Both the position numbers and the translations under genes were made by a program. This document shows positions 12,101-26,449 of a DNA stretch of 64,000 nt, one piece after another. The notes beneath the pieces were generated by a model that saw only the letters and a program-made list of their open reading frames with translations, searched no databases and had not been told where the DNA came from. Source of the DNA: Flectonema sp. DT1601 (lineage: Eukaryota); NCBI GenBank assembly GCA_964019425.1, contig OZ025786.1:62001-126000 (forward strand). The letters run 5' to 3'. Positions within the stretch are counted from its first letter, which is position 1. Each line of letters begins with the position of its first letter.

Positions 12101-12958
12101 TATTTGTTTAACTGAAACAGAACAGAATTCATAGAAATTAAACACTTAGATTTGATGACCGTCTCGGTTCAGTTATGTTTCCCAAGAAACACAAACTATG
12201 AGAGACACGAAGAGGTTAGTATCGGAGGCTATAAACCTCCCGAAGATAGGAGATGAGGAGCATGAGATGGTTAGTTCCCTTATGAGGGGTCAGTAGGTAG
12301 GAACTTATTAGGGTGATGATAGTTTGACGATGTAGAAACAGTAAAACTTTATGATACCAAAATAAGTAATAAAGTTAAACCGAAAAATAACAGAAGATCA
12401 AGCTTCATATAGAATAGAAGCTAAAAAGCAAGGATAAAGGATTACACTACTAACGTACATAACTAAAATATTGTCAGTAAGTATCCAGAAACGTTAATCA
12501 AAAAAGGTTTACAAAAGAGAAGATTTCGGTAATTCGCTTTCTATCACTGTTTGCACCTGAGAAGGAAATACGATAAAAGAATAAGGCATTAACTAAACAA
12601 GCTGAGATCAACACAAACAAGTATCTACACTGTAGATGGGTGCAGATTACTTCCACTCGAGCAGGGATTGTGTCAGGCCCGTTTCGATTCGACCGGACAC
12701 TGGCGGGGGAAGGGCGGGTGGGGAATACCAGATGGGGTTGGGAGTCTGATAGAATATGACCCAGTCAAGGGAATAAGAACACTGCAATGCAATCAAATAT
12801 TAAATTCCAACTAACAAACACTTTTTGAGAGTGCGTGAGCGAACACACATCTACTTTCTGGAAACACCATCGAATAAAAGATAAAATTAAATACCTTGAA
12901 ATAAAACAAAGGGAACAACGCACACACACTAAAAACAACACTTATGTGATTTATGTCA

Positions 12959-14425
12959 CTACAAATTCCTTATACTCGTATGTAGTTCGTTCTTGTTAAT
13001 GGATGAACAATCTGTTAGGAAATTACTTCCAACGGATTCCACATTCATGAGGGTTAAATCCAAGGAAGTAAGTGAGGAACAATCATTTAGAAAATAGTTT
13101 CCAACAGTTGAAATATTGCTGAGACTTGATAAGTTCAGAGATGTGAGGGATGAACAATCATTTAAAAAATAGTCTCCAACAGTTGACACATTGCTGAGAC
13201 TTGATAAGTTCAGAGATGTGAGGGATGAACAATTATTTAGAAAATAGTCCCCAACAGTTGAAATATTGCTGAGACTTGATAAGTCCAGAGATGTGAGGGA
13301 TGAACAACTATATAGAAAAAAACCTCCAACAGCTGAAATATTGCTGAGACTTGATAAGTTCAGAGATGTGAGGGATGAACAATCATTTAGAAAATATTTT
13401 CCAACAACTGAAATATTGCCGAGACTTGATAAGTCCAGAGATGTGAGGGATGAACAATTACTTAGAAAATAGTGTCCAACAACTGAAATATTGCTGAGAC
13501 TTGATAAGTCCAGATGTGTGAGGGATGAACAATTATTTAGAAAGCAGTCTCCAACAGCTGAAATATTGCTGAGACTTGATAAGTGAAGAGATGTGAGGGA
13601 CGAACAATTATTTAGAAAGTAGGCTCCAACTGAAACATTGTTGAGACTTGATAAGTCAACAGATGTGAGGGACCAACAGTTATTTAGAAAGTAGGCTCCA
13701 ACAGCTGAAATATTGCTGAGACTTGATAAGTCCAGAGATGCGAGGGACCAACAGTTATTTAGAAAGTAGTCTCCAACAGCTGAAATATTGTTGAGACTTG
13801 ATAAGTCCAGAGATGTGAGGGATGAACAACTAGTTAGAAAATGATCTCCAACAACTGACACATTGCTGAGACTTGATAAGTCTACGGATGACAGTGAATT
13901 GCAATCTCTGAGGAAATAATTACCAACAGATGTGACGTATTGAAGACCAGGCAGACTGACCTTTATAACCTCAAAAGATGAGGATAAGAAATCATCTGAA
14001 ACGGTCGTGACTGAGGCTTCAGAGTTGCTGAATGAGATGTTCGTAACATCATCTGAGAACCACTCACTGTTAAACTGAAGACAGCCATCCACAGCGAATG
14101 TGGGAGTATCAAGGCACAAAAACCCGTCCTGATCCCGTTCTCCTCGTTGGAATGCCTTCGCTCTCTTTGCAGCATCTGTGAACCATTCCAATCCAAACAA
14201 GCGCACAACCGATGCATCCAACAGCGAGCCGTCCTCCACTCCGTACGACACCAGTCGACTACCTGCTCGAAGCCGCGATCCTGCGAGAGAAAGTTCAAGA
14301 AAGTCAGCATCGGTACCCCACTCATCAGCTGCAACCTGCAATGCATCCTTCACGAGCGACTCTCCGGAAGCTGTGAAAACAACGTCAGGGAATCCTGTGT
14401 CTGGAAACGTAACCGAGAGTTGCAT
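12959..14425 (-). CDS. Ubiquitin-like N-domain + 25-aa LRR protein, paralogue A (488 aa)
   Basis: Tandem SLTSLDLSSLSNISAVGxxFLxxCS repeats (75 bp); N-terminus LSLAGSRL...LVSYGVEDGSLL is Ub-fold-like. Confidence 0.9.
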   Translation of the reverse strand: MQLSVTFPDTGFPDVVFTASGESLVKDALQVAADEWGTDADFLELSLAGSRLRAGSRLVSYGVEDGSLLDASVVRLFGLEWFTDAAKRAKAFQRGERDQDGFLCLDTPTFAVDGCLQFNSEWFSDDVTNISFSNSEASVTTVSDDFLSSSFEVIKVSLPGLQYVTSVGNYFLRDCNSLSSVDLSSLSNVSVVGDHFLTSCSSLTSLDLSSLNNISAVGDYFLNNCWSLASLDLSSLSNISAVGAYFLNNCWSLTSVDLSSLNNVSVGAYFLNNCSSLTSLHLSSLSNISAVGDCFLNNCSSLTHLDLSSLSNISVVGHYFLSNCSSLTSLDLSSLGNISVVGKYFLNDCSSLTSLNLSSLSNISAVGGFFLYSCSSLTSLDLSSLSNISTVGDYFLNNCSSLTSLNLSSLSNVSTVGDYFLNDCSSLTSLNLSSLSNISTVGNYFLNDCSSLTSLDLTLMNVESVGSNFLTDCSSINKNELHTSIRNL

Positions 14426-15149
14426 TTTAACTCGCCTGAGTAACCTGCGAAATGTGAAGATGAATGTCTTGGAAGTATGATGAGATTAACGCGCGCAAAA
14501 CATATTTCCTCAAACAGACGTCTTCTTGTTTGTTGCACAATTTAGTCCCAACCTATTGAGATTAACACCACCGGGGGTATCTTCGCTGTTAAGTAAAAAG
14601 TGATAATTAAGTTTCGCTTTAAAAGAAGAAACAGACACGTGGCCGACTTCAGCTAAACAACACAGTGATTGGGGTGACAAGTTTTTCTGAGTCCACTCGA
14701 AACGACGAACTCTGAGAGGCAACATCTCAGATTGAAATCAAAGCATCCATCCATAGTGAAGGTTGTTGCTTCAAAAAAGGTTTACAAAAGAGAAGATTTC
14801 GGTAATTCGCTATCTATCACTGTTTGCACCTGAGAAGTAAATACGATAAGAGAATAAGGCATTAACTAAACAAGCTGAGATCAACACAAACAAGTATCTA
14901 CACTGTAGATGGGTGCAGATTACTTCCACTCTAGCAGGGATTGTGTCAGGCCAGTTTCGATTCGACCGGACACTGGCGGGGGAAGGGCGGGTGGGGAATA
15001 CCAGATGGGGTTGGGAGTCTGATAGAATATGACCCAGTCAAGGGAATAAGAACACTGCAATGCAATCAAATATTAAATTCCAACTAACAAACACTTTTTG
15101 AGAGTGCGTGAGCGAACACACATCTACTTTCTGGAAACACCATCGAATA

Positions 15150-15969
<820 letters not shown>

Positions 15970-15973
15970 ATAA

Positions 15974-16134
15974 AATTGGGCGGTAAGTTGACATAATGTC
16001 TAACTCTCAACTCATAATTATCATCTCGTGGTGATGCCGACCCCTCGCGCTTCGCGCTCGGCGCCGGAATCCCCGCTCGATAATAATTAAACTGTTTCGA
16101 GTTGAATTATGTCAACTTAAGCATCCCCCCAATT
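15974..16134. mobile_element. Small palindromic MITE-like element
   Basis: AATTGGG..TAAGTTGACATAAT / ATTATGTCAACTTA..CCCAATT inverted ends and central GCGC-TTC-GCGC hairpin. Confidence 0.65.
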
Positions 16135-16143
16135 AATACACAT

Positions 16144-16476
<333 letters not shown>

Positions 16477-16860
16477 CGAAGCCTAGGAGCCAAAAGCCAG
16501 GAAAAGCTCAACAGGGTAACAGTTATATCGCTACCAGCCAACAGTGAGACTCTCACAGACGATAAGGTACATGGAATAACCTGGATCAAATGACTACCTA
16601 AACCCACCGCCCACGCTGTTAGAGACGGCTGATAACGCCAATTTTCGTCAAACAGAGAGGGAGAACACGCCACATTAGATCAGAAAATAAGAAATAAGGT
16701 AATGATAAGAAAGAGAAATGATACTAATAAAATAAAATAAGACAGTTACACTAAAGGAAAGAGACGTTCTTTATCGAATAAAAGATAAATTAAATACCTG
16801 AAATAAAACAAAGGGAACAACGCACACACACTAAAAACAACACTTATGTGATTTATGTCA

Positions 16861-18705
16861 CTACAAATTCCTTATACTCGTATGTAGTTCGTTCTTGTTA
16901 ATGGATGAACAATCTGTTAGAAAATTAATTCCAACGGATTCCACATTCATGAGGGTTAAATCCAAGGAAGTAAGTGAGGAACAATCATTTAGAAAATAGT
17001 TTCCAACAGTTGAAATATTGCTGAGACTTGATAAGTTCAGAGATGTGAGGGATGAACAACTATATAGAAAGAAACTTCCAACAGCTGAAACATTGCTGAG
17101 ACTTGATAAGTCCAGAGATGTGAGGGATGAGCAATTACTTAGAAAATAGTCCCCAACAACTGAAGCATTGCTGAGACTTGATAAGTTCAGAGATGTGAGG
17201 GATGAACAATCATTTAGAAAATAGTTTCCAACAACTGAAATATTGCTGAGACTTGATAAGTCCAGAGATGTGAGGGACGAACAATTACTTAGAAAATAGT
17301 GTCCAACAACTGAAGCATTGCTGAGACTTGATAAGTTCAGAGATGTGAGGGATGAACAATAACTTAGAAAGTAGTCTCCAACAGCTGAAACATTGCTGAG
17401 ACTTATTAAGTCCAGAGATGTGAGGGATGTACAACCATATAGAAAAAAACTTCCAACAGTTGAAACATTGCTGAGACTTGATAAGTCCAGAGATGTGAGG
17501 GATGAGCAATTACTTAGAAAATGGTTTCCAACAACTGAAATATTGCTGAGACTTGATAAGTTCAGAGATGTGAGGGACGAACAATTACTTAGAAAATGGT
17601 TTCCAACAGCTGAAATATTGCTGAGACTTGATAAGTCCAGAGATGTGAGGGACGAACAATTACTTAGAAAATAGTGTCCAACAACTGAAGCATTGCTGAG
17701 ACTTGATAAGTCCAGAGATGTGAGGGACGAACAATTATTTAGAAAGTAGGCTCCAACAGCTGAAATATTGCTGAGACTTGATAAGTCCAGAGATGTGAGG
17801 GACCAACAGTTATTTAGAAAGTAGTCTCCAACAGCTGAAATATTGTTGAGACCCGATAAGTCAACAGATGTGAGGGACGAACAATTATTTAGAAAGTAGG
17901 CTCCAACAGCTGAAATATTGCTGAGACTTGATAAGTCCAGAGATGTGAGGGACCAACAGTTATTTAGAAAGTAGTCTCCAACAGCTGAAATATTGTTGAG
18001 ACCCGATAAGTCAACAGATGTGAGGGACGAACAATTATGTAGAAAAAAACTTCCAACTGCTGAAACATTGCTGAGACTTGATACGTCAACAGATGTGAGG
18101 GACGAACAACTAGTTAGAAAATGATCTCCAACAACTGACACATTGCTGAGACTTGATAAGTCTACGGATGACAGCGAATTGCAATCTCTGAGGAAATAAT
18201 TACCAACAGATGTGACGTATTGAAGACCAGGCAGACTGACCTTTATAACCTCAAAAGATGAGGATAAGAAATCATCTGAAACGGTCGTGACTGAGGCTTC
18301 AGAGTTGCTGAATGAGATGTTCGTAACATCATCTGAGAACCACTCACTGTTAAACTGAAGACAGCCATCCACAGCGAATGTGGGAGTATCAAGGCACAAA
18401 AACCCGTCTTGATCCCGTTCTCCTCGTTGGAATGCCTTCGCTCTCTTTGCAGCATCTGTGAACCATTCCAATCCAAACAAGCGCACAACCGATGCATCCA
18501 ACAGCGAGCCGTCCTCCACTCCGTACGACACCAGTCGACTACCTGCTCGAAGCCGCGATCCTGCGAGAGAAAGTTCAAGAAAGTCAGCATCGGTACCCCA
18601 CTCATCAGCTGCAACCTGCAATGCATCCTTCACGAGCGACTCTCCGGAAGCTGTGAAAACAACGTCAGGGAATCCTGTGTCTGGGAACGTAACCGAAAGT
18701 TGCAT
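16861..18705 (-). CDS. Ubiquitin-like N-domain + 25-aa LRR protein, paralogue B (614 aa)
   Basis: N- and C-terminal caps nearly identical to paralogue A; five more LRR units. Confidence 0.9.
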   Translation of the reverse strand: MQLSVTFPDTGFPDVVFTASGESLVKDALQVAADEWGTDADFLELSLAGSRLRAGSRLVSYGVEDGSLLDASVVRLFGLEWFTDAAKRAKAFQRGERDQDGFLCLDTPTFAVDGCLQFNSEWFSDDVTNISFSNSEASVTTVSDDFLSSSFEVIKVSLPGLQYVTSVGNYFLRDCNSLSSVDLSSLSNVSVVGDHFLTSCSSLTSVDVSSLSNVSAVGSFFLHNCSSLTSVDLSGLNNISAVGDYFLNNCWSLTSLDLSSLSNISAVGAYFLNNCSSLTSVDLSGLNNISAVGDYFLNNCWSLTSLDLSSLSNISAVGAYFLNNCSSLTSLDLSSLSNASVVGHYFLSNCSSLTSLDLSSLSNISAVGNHFLSNCSSLTSLNLSSLSNISVVGNHFLSNCSSLTSLDLSSLSNVSTVGSFFLYGCTSLTSLDLISLSNVSAVGDYFLSYCSSLTSLNLSSLSNASVVGHYFLSNCSSLTSLDLSSLSNISVVGNYFLNDCSSLTSLNLSSLSNASVVGDYFLSNCSSLTSLDLSSLSNVSAVGSFFLYSCSSLTSLNLSSLSNISTVGNYFLNDCSSLTSLDLTLMNVESVGINFLTDCSSINKNELHTSIRNL

Positions 18706-19672
18706 TTTAACTCGCCTGAGTAACCTGCGAAATGTGAAGATGAATGTCTTGGAAGTATGATGAGATTAACGCGCGCAAAACATATTTCCTCAAACAGACG
18801 TCTTCTTGTTTGTTGCACAATTTAGTCCCAACCTATTGAGATTAACACCATCGGGAGTATCTTCGCTGTTAAGTAAAAAGTGATAATTAAGTTTCGCTTT
18901 AAAAGAAGAAACAGACAAATCAAAAACAAATAGCGGCTGACTTTAGCTAAACCAGTGATTGACCCAATATGGTTGGCCGTTTTCCAGGTGAAGTCCTCTT
19001 CGATCCCGAAGTCTGCAAACATGGCAAGCCTTCGTGTGTATTTTTGATTGCACGTTGAAGAAATCTTGTGCAGGAAGTTTCTGTTTGTATATGTCTTATC
19101 GATGTTGAGATACTTTGCAAACTTAGCTTCCAACCAGTCGTCATCATGCTATTTGAGACAGGGTCTCGCTGATATGAATGACACAATGCTTGTTACCGAG
19201 GAGTTGTTCGAAAAGGGCTGTGCAGCTTCGAATCCAACTGCCAGTAGAAACCCTGCTTCACTCTTATCATGGGGTGAAACTTTGACAATGTAAAAACAGT
19301 AACAACTTTAGGTATTAAAAACAAAATTCCTCCCATCATGGGGATTAAGGTTATCAATATAAGTGGCAACAGTCATATTGGCTTGTTGGCAGAGAATCGA
19401 ATATAATTCTTGCCGGAACTTGGTGGCCTCAAACACTCAGACACCGAACAATCAAGTGATTCCACGGCGTTGATCAGCTGTCTGCTTGGTTGCCAATCCG
19501 TTATTGAGCGTCTTTTCCTGTACATCCAGCCTCCTCTCATTGATCATACAGTTTTTATGCCCCTTTTTCTCTCCAGCCATCCTCGGCCACCCTGAACTTC
19601 TGTAGCTGCTGCTAGTGCTCTCATCAGTGTCAGTCAGTCATCTTCAGCTACGCAATTGAAGTTGTATTACTT

Positions 19673-19760
19673 GTAGATGGATGTCCCATGACTACCTCGT
19701 TAACTAACCATTACCTGTAGATGGATGTCCCATGACTACCTCGTTAACTAACCATTACCT
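19673..19760. repeat. 44-bp tandem duplication
   Basis: GTAGATGGATGTCCCATGACTACCTCGTTAACTAACCATTACCT x2. Confidence 0.95.
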
Positions 19761-19971
19761 TAAAAACTTAGTAACAACCCCTGATCCAGACTCTTCTGAA
19801 TTTCTCTTAAAAAACAGAACAATCAGAAAGTGTACCTTGCAATCAACCGAATCATCTCTGCTTCACGAGTGATCTATTGGTTGCACACCAGTTTTAATGA
19901 ATGATGTCAAAATTCCTAAAAGCAACAAGGAGTGCAGCTTCGGATGCAGTCTAGACGAGGATCAACTACAA

Positions 19972-21141
19972 CTAAGGAGTTCCCTTCTCCAATCGTTGTA
20001 ATAGCCAGTAGCCAGTGTGACCCCACCGAGGTATGAGGTGCGGTATTAAGAAACATGAACTCATGTTCACAACTACGGACTTCAGGAGCTCGGGTGGATT
20101 TGCAAGATTGACAATACCTGCTTTTATAAAACCAGCCATGATAGTATTTTTCGTAATGCTATCAAGGGCTGTCACTATCCACCCAATTTGCGGCCCTCGA
20201 ATGTTCTTCGTTTTTGTGAGCTCCTTCATCCATTTCGACATGGGTTCGGATTCAGGAGCTCCTTTGGGATCCTTCCTTTCGCATCGCTTGAAAGCGTTTC
20301 AATCAGCTTTTTGCTTGATTTTTTCAACTTTTCCTCCCGCTTGCACATCTGCTCTGTCAGCCACTCTCCAAAGGAAAAGCTTGATGCTTCTTTTGACGTT
20401 GGCCATGACAGTTAGATCGGAGATGAGAAGTCCATCCGCCTGACACCAGTACAACCTGATATTTGCTCCCTCAAAGCGACGAAGGACTTCCTCAGTTATC
20501 TGCTCCCTAAACTGGTCATATACTGCGAGGCCAGGGTGATCCGATTGGAGTCTCAGCTCCTGGCGTTTTTTAATAAAGTATGGGACTATTGCTCCGGAAA
20601 CCTTGAATGAGCTGATAGGAGTTCTGCTTCAGGCGCTACTTTCGCAGTGGTCCCACGACGGTGTCCAACCCTTCCGTTCCAGGAACTTGTAGGTCCATGT
20701 TACTTGTAGGGAACCGGAATCCACGCGTTCCGACGAATCACCTGCGCCAGTGAAGCAAACACACGGCAACCATAGGCACAGATATTCTCAATTAAATCGA
20801 GTACTTGCTTCCTCATCAGCGGTTAAGATGGTTGGTCTCCCACATTTCACAACAAAGAGCTTCATTGCCCTGCCTGCCGTGCCAACTGCTAATCTCTTCG
20901 TACGGTCCTTGTTGAAGCAGGCAATCGCCTTTGATACATTGGTGGCAGAGTTCACCATCTCACCAATGTTAAGCAACTCCTCCCTTGACCACTTCTCATA
21001 GCAGCGAGAGGTTTGTTGTTCTTTTACCCGCTCCTCTTTCTTTATCAAACCCAGCTCCACCTTGCTTACCGACGTCTTCAGCGGTTCAACAGGATCCCGT
21101 TTTTTCAAATATTGTGCACAGTGTGAAAATTTCATACTCAA
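19972..21141 (-). pseudogene. Degraded pogo/Tigger-type (DDE_1) transposase
   Basis: Fragments across frames: CGRPTILTADEE (HTH linker), IVPYFIKKRQELRLQSDHPGLAVYDQFREQITEEVL...DLTV (DDE_1 core), WIVTALDSITKNTIMAGFIKAGI (C-terminal); disrupted by frameshifts and deletion. Confidence 0.8.
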
Positions 21142-22091
21142 AAACTATCATTTTATAGTCAAAATGTGTACTTTAATACTTTTTTATAAAAATCCATCAT
21201 CTTTTTTATATCCAAAATTGTTATATTCCAAAAGATTTTATACACCATGTTATTTATGATTACGGTATAAAATTTTAGAAAGAAAAACTAATTTTTGATT
21301 TCAAAAATAATCAAAAAAAAATAAGTGAAAAAAAATGAAATATTTCTGGTTCGTAGCACACCACCACCACAGGGAGCACAGGGAGAGAAATACATACAAA
21401 TTGATAACAATCCTGATGATGTTGTAAGAAACCACAAGAAGAGAAGATCATTGTTTTTAACCACAAGATTCTATACATGTAGTTTAGACAGTAACTCCAG
21501 AGGTGTTTCTGATATCGTAAGGAGTAGAAGAATGGCCGACAGCTGTTCCTCATCAGAAGTGAAAGTAGCTGACCGACAGATCCAAAAACTTGTTCATCCT
21601 CACAGCGGTACGAGAAAACATATTTTATGTGGAAAAGTCACTGTCAAAAAAGAGTAATATCCCAATAGTGTAATTACGACTGTCAAAGTTGACACAAATA
21701 GTACACTTAAGTATCTATTACTTTTAGTTACTTTTAACGGTAAGATTGGCACGCAATTGCAATAAAATCCATAATAACAAAGTAAGATGACGTATCTTTT
21801 TGTATACTGGCTAGGTGGCTAGGGGGTTAATTTGATACTGTATTTTCAAGCTCAAAAGGAACAACAATTTCTCCGACAATCTTGACTGTCAGTAAAGGTG
21901 GCTAGGGGGGGAAAAATTCAACTCACAAACATAAATTATGGTTCTAATTATTAATTAAAACCATCTCATCTCAAGAAGTACAAATAGTCAACAGTTTATG
22001 GGAACGACGTTGAGAAACACGAAACATAAATTCCAATGAGAGCTAAAGAAAGGATCGTATAATTTGGTTTTAGAAAAATAAAATTGTGAAT

Positions 22092-23318
22092 TTATGACGA
22101 GAGCATCTTAAGAACATAAGCATCGAATTGGTTGCCGCGGAAAGATGTAATTATTTTGTACAAGTCAGCAACAGTTGTATTTTTATCAACAAGTACTTTG
22201 TGAATGTTTGACAGAATGCCATGAAGTTTTGTGTTTAGAAAAGTTGAGTAAAGGACTTCTTTAGTACCACACTCAGCAGCGACCATCATCTGCTGAAGGA
22301 ATTTCAAAACGTGGTCACCTCCGAAAGCTCCACAACCCCAGTTTCCAGTTGCGACAGATCTACCACCAAGACGAAAACCAGCATAAGCTTTATTTAACTC
22401 TCTGTTTACCATACATTCCTCGAATTGGGAATTATATGTGTAAGTAACCATTGCGTCAATAGCAAGGATATCAGGTAGTGGTGTACTAACAGATTGTAAT
22501 GACTGAAGAGGTTCACAAGTAAAGCTATCAAGGTACCCTGAGTACGAAGAGTATTGCAATGCATTAGTCACAGTAACGACATCATTATCATCTAATGTTG
22601 AAAACAATGGAAGGCAAAGCATTAGTTCTTGTTTTATGCTGAAAAGAACTTCTTCTTGGGTAGCGGATGCGATATTTTTATGAATTTGAAGCCTCTTGTT
22701 AGCGAAGTCAACGTGAGATGATGCTGTATTGAAATCTTCAATCTTATGATCGCTACTGACTTGGAGTTTAACTGAAGAGATCGGAGTAGTTGAAGTCTCC
22801 CACGGACAGATATCATCAGACTTTAATGAATCACGTTTGAATGTTAATATCTCATGTTCTCGGTTAGTCATCCACTCATCTGAAGTGACGTGTTTAAAGT
22901 ACTCAAAGAAACAATTGATTCTAGCAACCCCTACGGAGTCTCTGTATCGAAAGATTCCATAATTCATAAAAGAGATGTCTCCGATTTCGTGATCTTTTGT
23001 TGACAGTCGAGGAATCATGTTCCAGAATCCACAAATTAATAAATCTCTGCAGTCCCCTCTCGTTAATACTACTTCACCATCTTCTGTTAGGATTGGAACT
23101 TCTTTTAAAGTACTCTTGTTCAACGCGTCTCTCAGTTTGTTAGCAACCTCCACGAACGTTCCCTCATCCGAAAATGACATTTCAACTGCTGCTTGAAATC
23201 CCGACAAGGTGCAGTTCTTCCCAGCAATAATTTGATTCTCAACCTCAGAAGCTGTCAGGGGGTCGGTTCCCATAACTTTTAAAGTATTCTTCACATATTC
23301 CGATACGTGTAATGTCAT
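22092..23318 (-). CDS. PARG: Poly(ADP-ribose) glycohydrolase
   Basis: VDFANK, TQEEVLF, YSSYSGY, AIDA, RELNKAYAGF, ATGNWGCGAFGGD. Confidence 0.9.
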   Translation of the reverse strand: MTLHVSEYVKNTLKVMGTDPLTASEVENQIIAGKNCTLSGFQAAVEMSFSDEGTFVEVANKLRDALNKSTLKEVPILTEDGEVVLTRGDCRDLLICGFWNMIPRLSTKDHEIGDISFMNYGIFRYRDSVGVARINCFFEYFKHVTSDEWMTNREHEILTFKRDSLKSDDICPWETSTTPISSVKLQVSSDHKIEDFNTASSHVDFANKRLQIHKNIASATQEEVLFSIKQELMLCLPLFSTLDDNDVVTVTNALQYSSYSGYLDSFTCEPLQSLQSVSTPLPDILAIDAMVTYTYNSQFEECMVNRELNKAYAGFRLGGRSVATGNWGCGAFGGDHVLKFLQQMMVAAECGTKEVLYSTFLNTKLHGILSNIHKVLVDKNTTVADLYKIITSFRGNQFDAYVLKMLSS

Positions 23319-23852
23319 TTTAGATTGGTAGCTAATTTTAAAAATTAGAATGAAGAGAAAAAAAATCACCGAAAATGAGGAAAACTTTCGTACCTGTTAC
23401 ATTTCTCCTGGAAACTGAACTAAAAGAGTACTGCGAGTCAAAACCAACAATTTCTGTCGCTAAAACGGATTTTAATGAGTGAAACAAACAGAAACAGCAA
23501 CTGGAAGAAAAGAAAAAAAAAACGACCCCTTTAAGGAGCTTTTGCCTCAGCACTAATAATAAGAGAGTCACGAATAAGGTGTACGCACGTAGACAACAAG
23601 AATGAGAAGAAAAAAAAAAAGAAAAAAAAGAAGAAAAAGAAGAAAAAGAAGAAGGGAATACATTTTACACAGAAATAAATCTGCGCTGTTAGGGTCATTT
23701 TAATTTTTCAGTTTCCTTTTTTTTTTTTTTTTTTTTTTTTTCCTTTTAATTTTTAATAAAAGTCACAGAGCAAAAACACTTAAACTAAAAGCAAGCTGGT
23801 TTAATCGTGTACAATACGTGTTAAGAACTCCACTCCGACCCCCCCTCCTTGA

Positions 23853-25577
23853 CTATCGTCGCAAGTCTTCCATTGATTTCCGCAGGCATTCAGAACAGAC
23901 ACGACTGGGAGTGTTTGGATCTGTTGTGGTGTAGTTGTGTGAATAACATTACTAAAAGTATTCTCTTAAGGGTTTAAAGTAATAAAAGAACATACCAACG
24001 TGAGGTAATAATAACTTATTAGAACTACATGGACCACAAAACACTCCACCACATGCTCGGCAATGATGACGTCGACGAAGTAGAGTAAAAGCTCTGAGAC
24101 ATATCTCACACTCTTTCACATCAGAGTCTGGTTTCCATTCTGGAGCTGTTGGTTCGTTGGTTCCAATATCGTATTCGTCTTTCTTTGAACGAGACTCTTC
24201 TTTTACTATTCTCTTTAAAGCAGCACGTGGATTAGATTTCTCAGTGTGGACTCTCATCAAATCTCTTAACTCTTGTCCAGGAGAAACCTCAGTAATCTGA
24301 ACTTTATCATGAGGTGGTCTTGCTAAGCAGACTTGTCTAATAATCGGAAGACTGTCCAGTGGTTGGGAAGGAGCATTTCTCGGATCAGGTTTTTGTTTCA
24401 TAACAAACATGACATCAGGTTCTCCAGTTGAAGTCTTTAATTGAATTAAAACTCGAGGTGTTCCTGAGTGTTTCTGTAAGAATATTGAATCGATTGTCTG
24501 AAGTTCAATAACTCTTCTAATCTCACCATCTTCTTTAGTAAATAACAACAACGCTGAAGTCAACACCATCAGTCTCTTGTGTCTAAATCCCCTGTTAGAA
24601 ATCTTTTCTATCACACAACAAGCATATGCCTTTGTCCCTGGAAAGCTTTTCTTTGCTGCATCGCACATTTTAACGGGTTTCGGCATTTCTTGTTTGGTAG
24701 AATTGATTTTTTCTTTTAGAGAGATTTCTTTTATTTTTGATTTTTGGATCTTATTCGATTTTACTTCCTTTCCGTTGACAGCCCCCCCCTCTGGTGTAGG
24801 AGGGTCAGTTGACGGAGTTACTTTTGTAGTGACCGTGAGATCTGTTTCTAAGAGAGTCCTTGTTTGACCATCCTCGAACCTAACATCATACTGAGCTGGA
24901 AAACAGTTCAGTTTAACATTAACAACATCAGCGCTGTATGTGACTCCGCTGTATGTGTACATAACTTTTTGTGATGTTTTATATTTTGGTTCTGGTTTTG
25001 GCTGTAAGTCCGACTCAATCAAATCTCTCGTCGACCCATCTTCGAACTGAACTGAATACGACGGATAAGAAATAGAAACAACACTACCAACGTAATTAAT
25101 ATTCTCATAGGTGTATACTAGTCTGTCATTAATTGAGTATTTTGGTTGTTTTACCTGAAGAGTTCCTGCGATTGATAGCCTGTCTTCTTCTGTGGTTCTC
25201 TCATGTCCATTATCAAACTTTATAACATAAGAAGGAGGTGAGACAGTAGTGTCAATGCCAACTATTACAGCTAGACACGATGAATCACTTTGTTGGTATT
25301 GAATACGGTCACCTTTTCTATAAAGAGGTGGCTGTCGTTTTACTGATGGAGGTGGATATCTGTTTGGAGTTGTCAAACCTGATAACCCAACTGATCGATG
25401 CATTAAACAAGATGATGCGATAGAACTGTTGTCGGCTACTCCACTACTGCTATCGCTGTCGCTTTCACTGTTGTCGATTAAAACTCTTCTACGTGATCCT
25501 GCTGGTCTTGCTCTTGCCATAGTAACGTGACGTAAACCCCCGTCATCACTGCTTGAGCCATCTGACGAATCTCCCAT
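23853..25577 (-). CDS. FYVE zinc-finger protein with three Tudor/SH3-like repeats; 2 exons (intron 23921-23995)
   Basis: WKPD...CEIC...RRHHCRACGGVFCGPCS; the spliced exon supplies the final RVCSEC. Confidence 0.85.
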
Positions 25578-26449
25578 ATCTAATTCCTCACTCTGTTATT
25601 ATAAGTTAATTGATATATCAATCTGTTGTCACAAATGGTCTCATCCGATCAAGAACAGTGGTGACATAACGGGTGCGTTGTGGATTTTTTCTTTTTCTTA
25701 TTGTCGTTTCATTTTCTTTGTTAATTTCAAAGGTCACCATATTTTCTTTTTCTTTCGTACATTTTTTTCGATACTCGCGGATGTTTCAGCATTTTTTTTT
25801 TTTTTCCCCTTTTTTTTATTAGTAAACAAAAACAAAAAAAAAGGAAAAGAACACGAAAGTCTTAAGAACAAACAACGTAACGCAGAGAGCCACTTCTTTG
25901 CTCAATGCAGGACACAGAACACAGTGGCTTACCCAGGGCTTCGAAGGAATTTGCAAACGCGTTGTTGTTATTCAAAAAAGACACAAAAAAGAAGAAAACG
26001 GGGAATACATAAATGGGGTGCTGTACAAGTGAAAATCTTACAAAAACTACAAGAGGGGACTCCGAGGGGAATTGGACTGTACAGTAGTGTGAGTGAATTC
26101 TCTCACCACACCCGCGACGAACACTTTTTTTTTGTTTTCCGTGGGGGACTCAAAGCCTCAGTCCTCCCTTTCGTTATTCATTTTCCTTTTTTTTTTTTTC
26201 ATTTCTTTTTTGTTCATTATCTTCGTTATGATGTCATTGTTCCAGTTCCAGTAGTCCTCTAAGGCTTAAAACAGTCGGCTGAACCGACTGATGCTGCCAA
26301 CAATTTTGACGAATTGCCTTCTGTTGAATTGTTTAATTCAACATTTAATAAAACTCTAACAACACAACGACTAGTGAGTCATTCAACATCGTCAGGTTGA
26401 GAGAGAGCTTTTCTAGTGAAAGTTAAGCTGTCGAACAAGAGAAGGAAAC

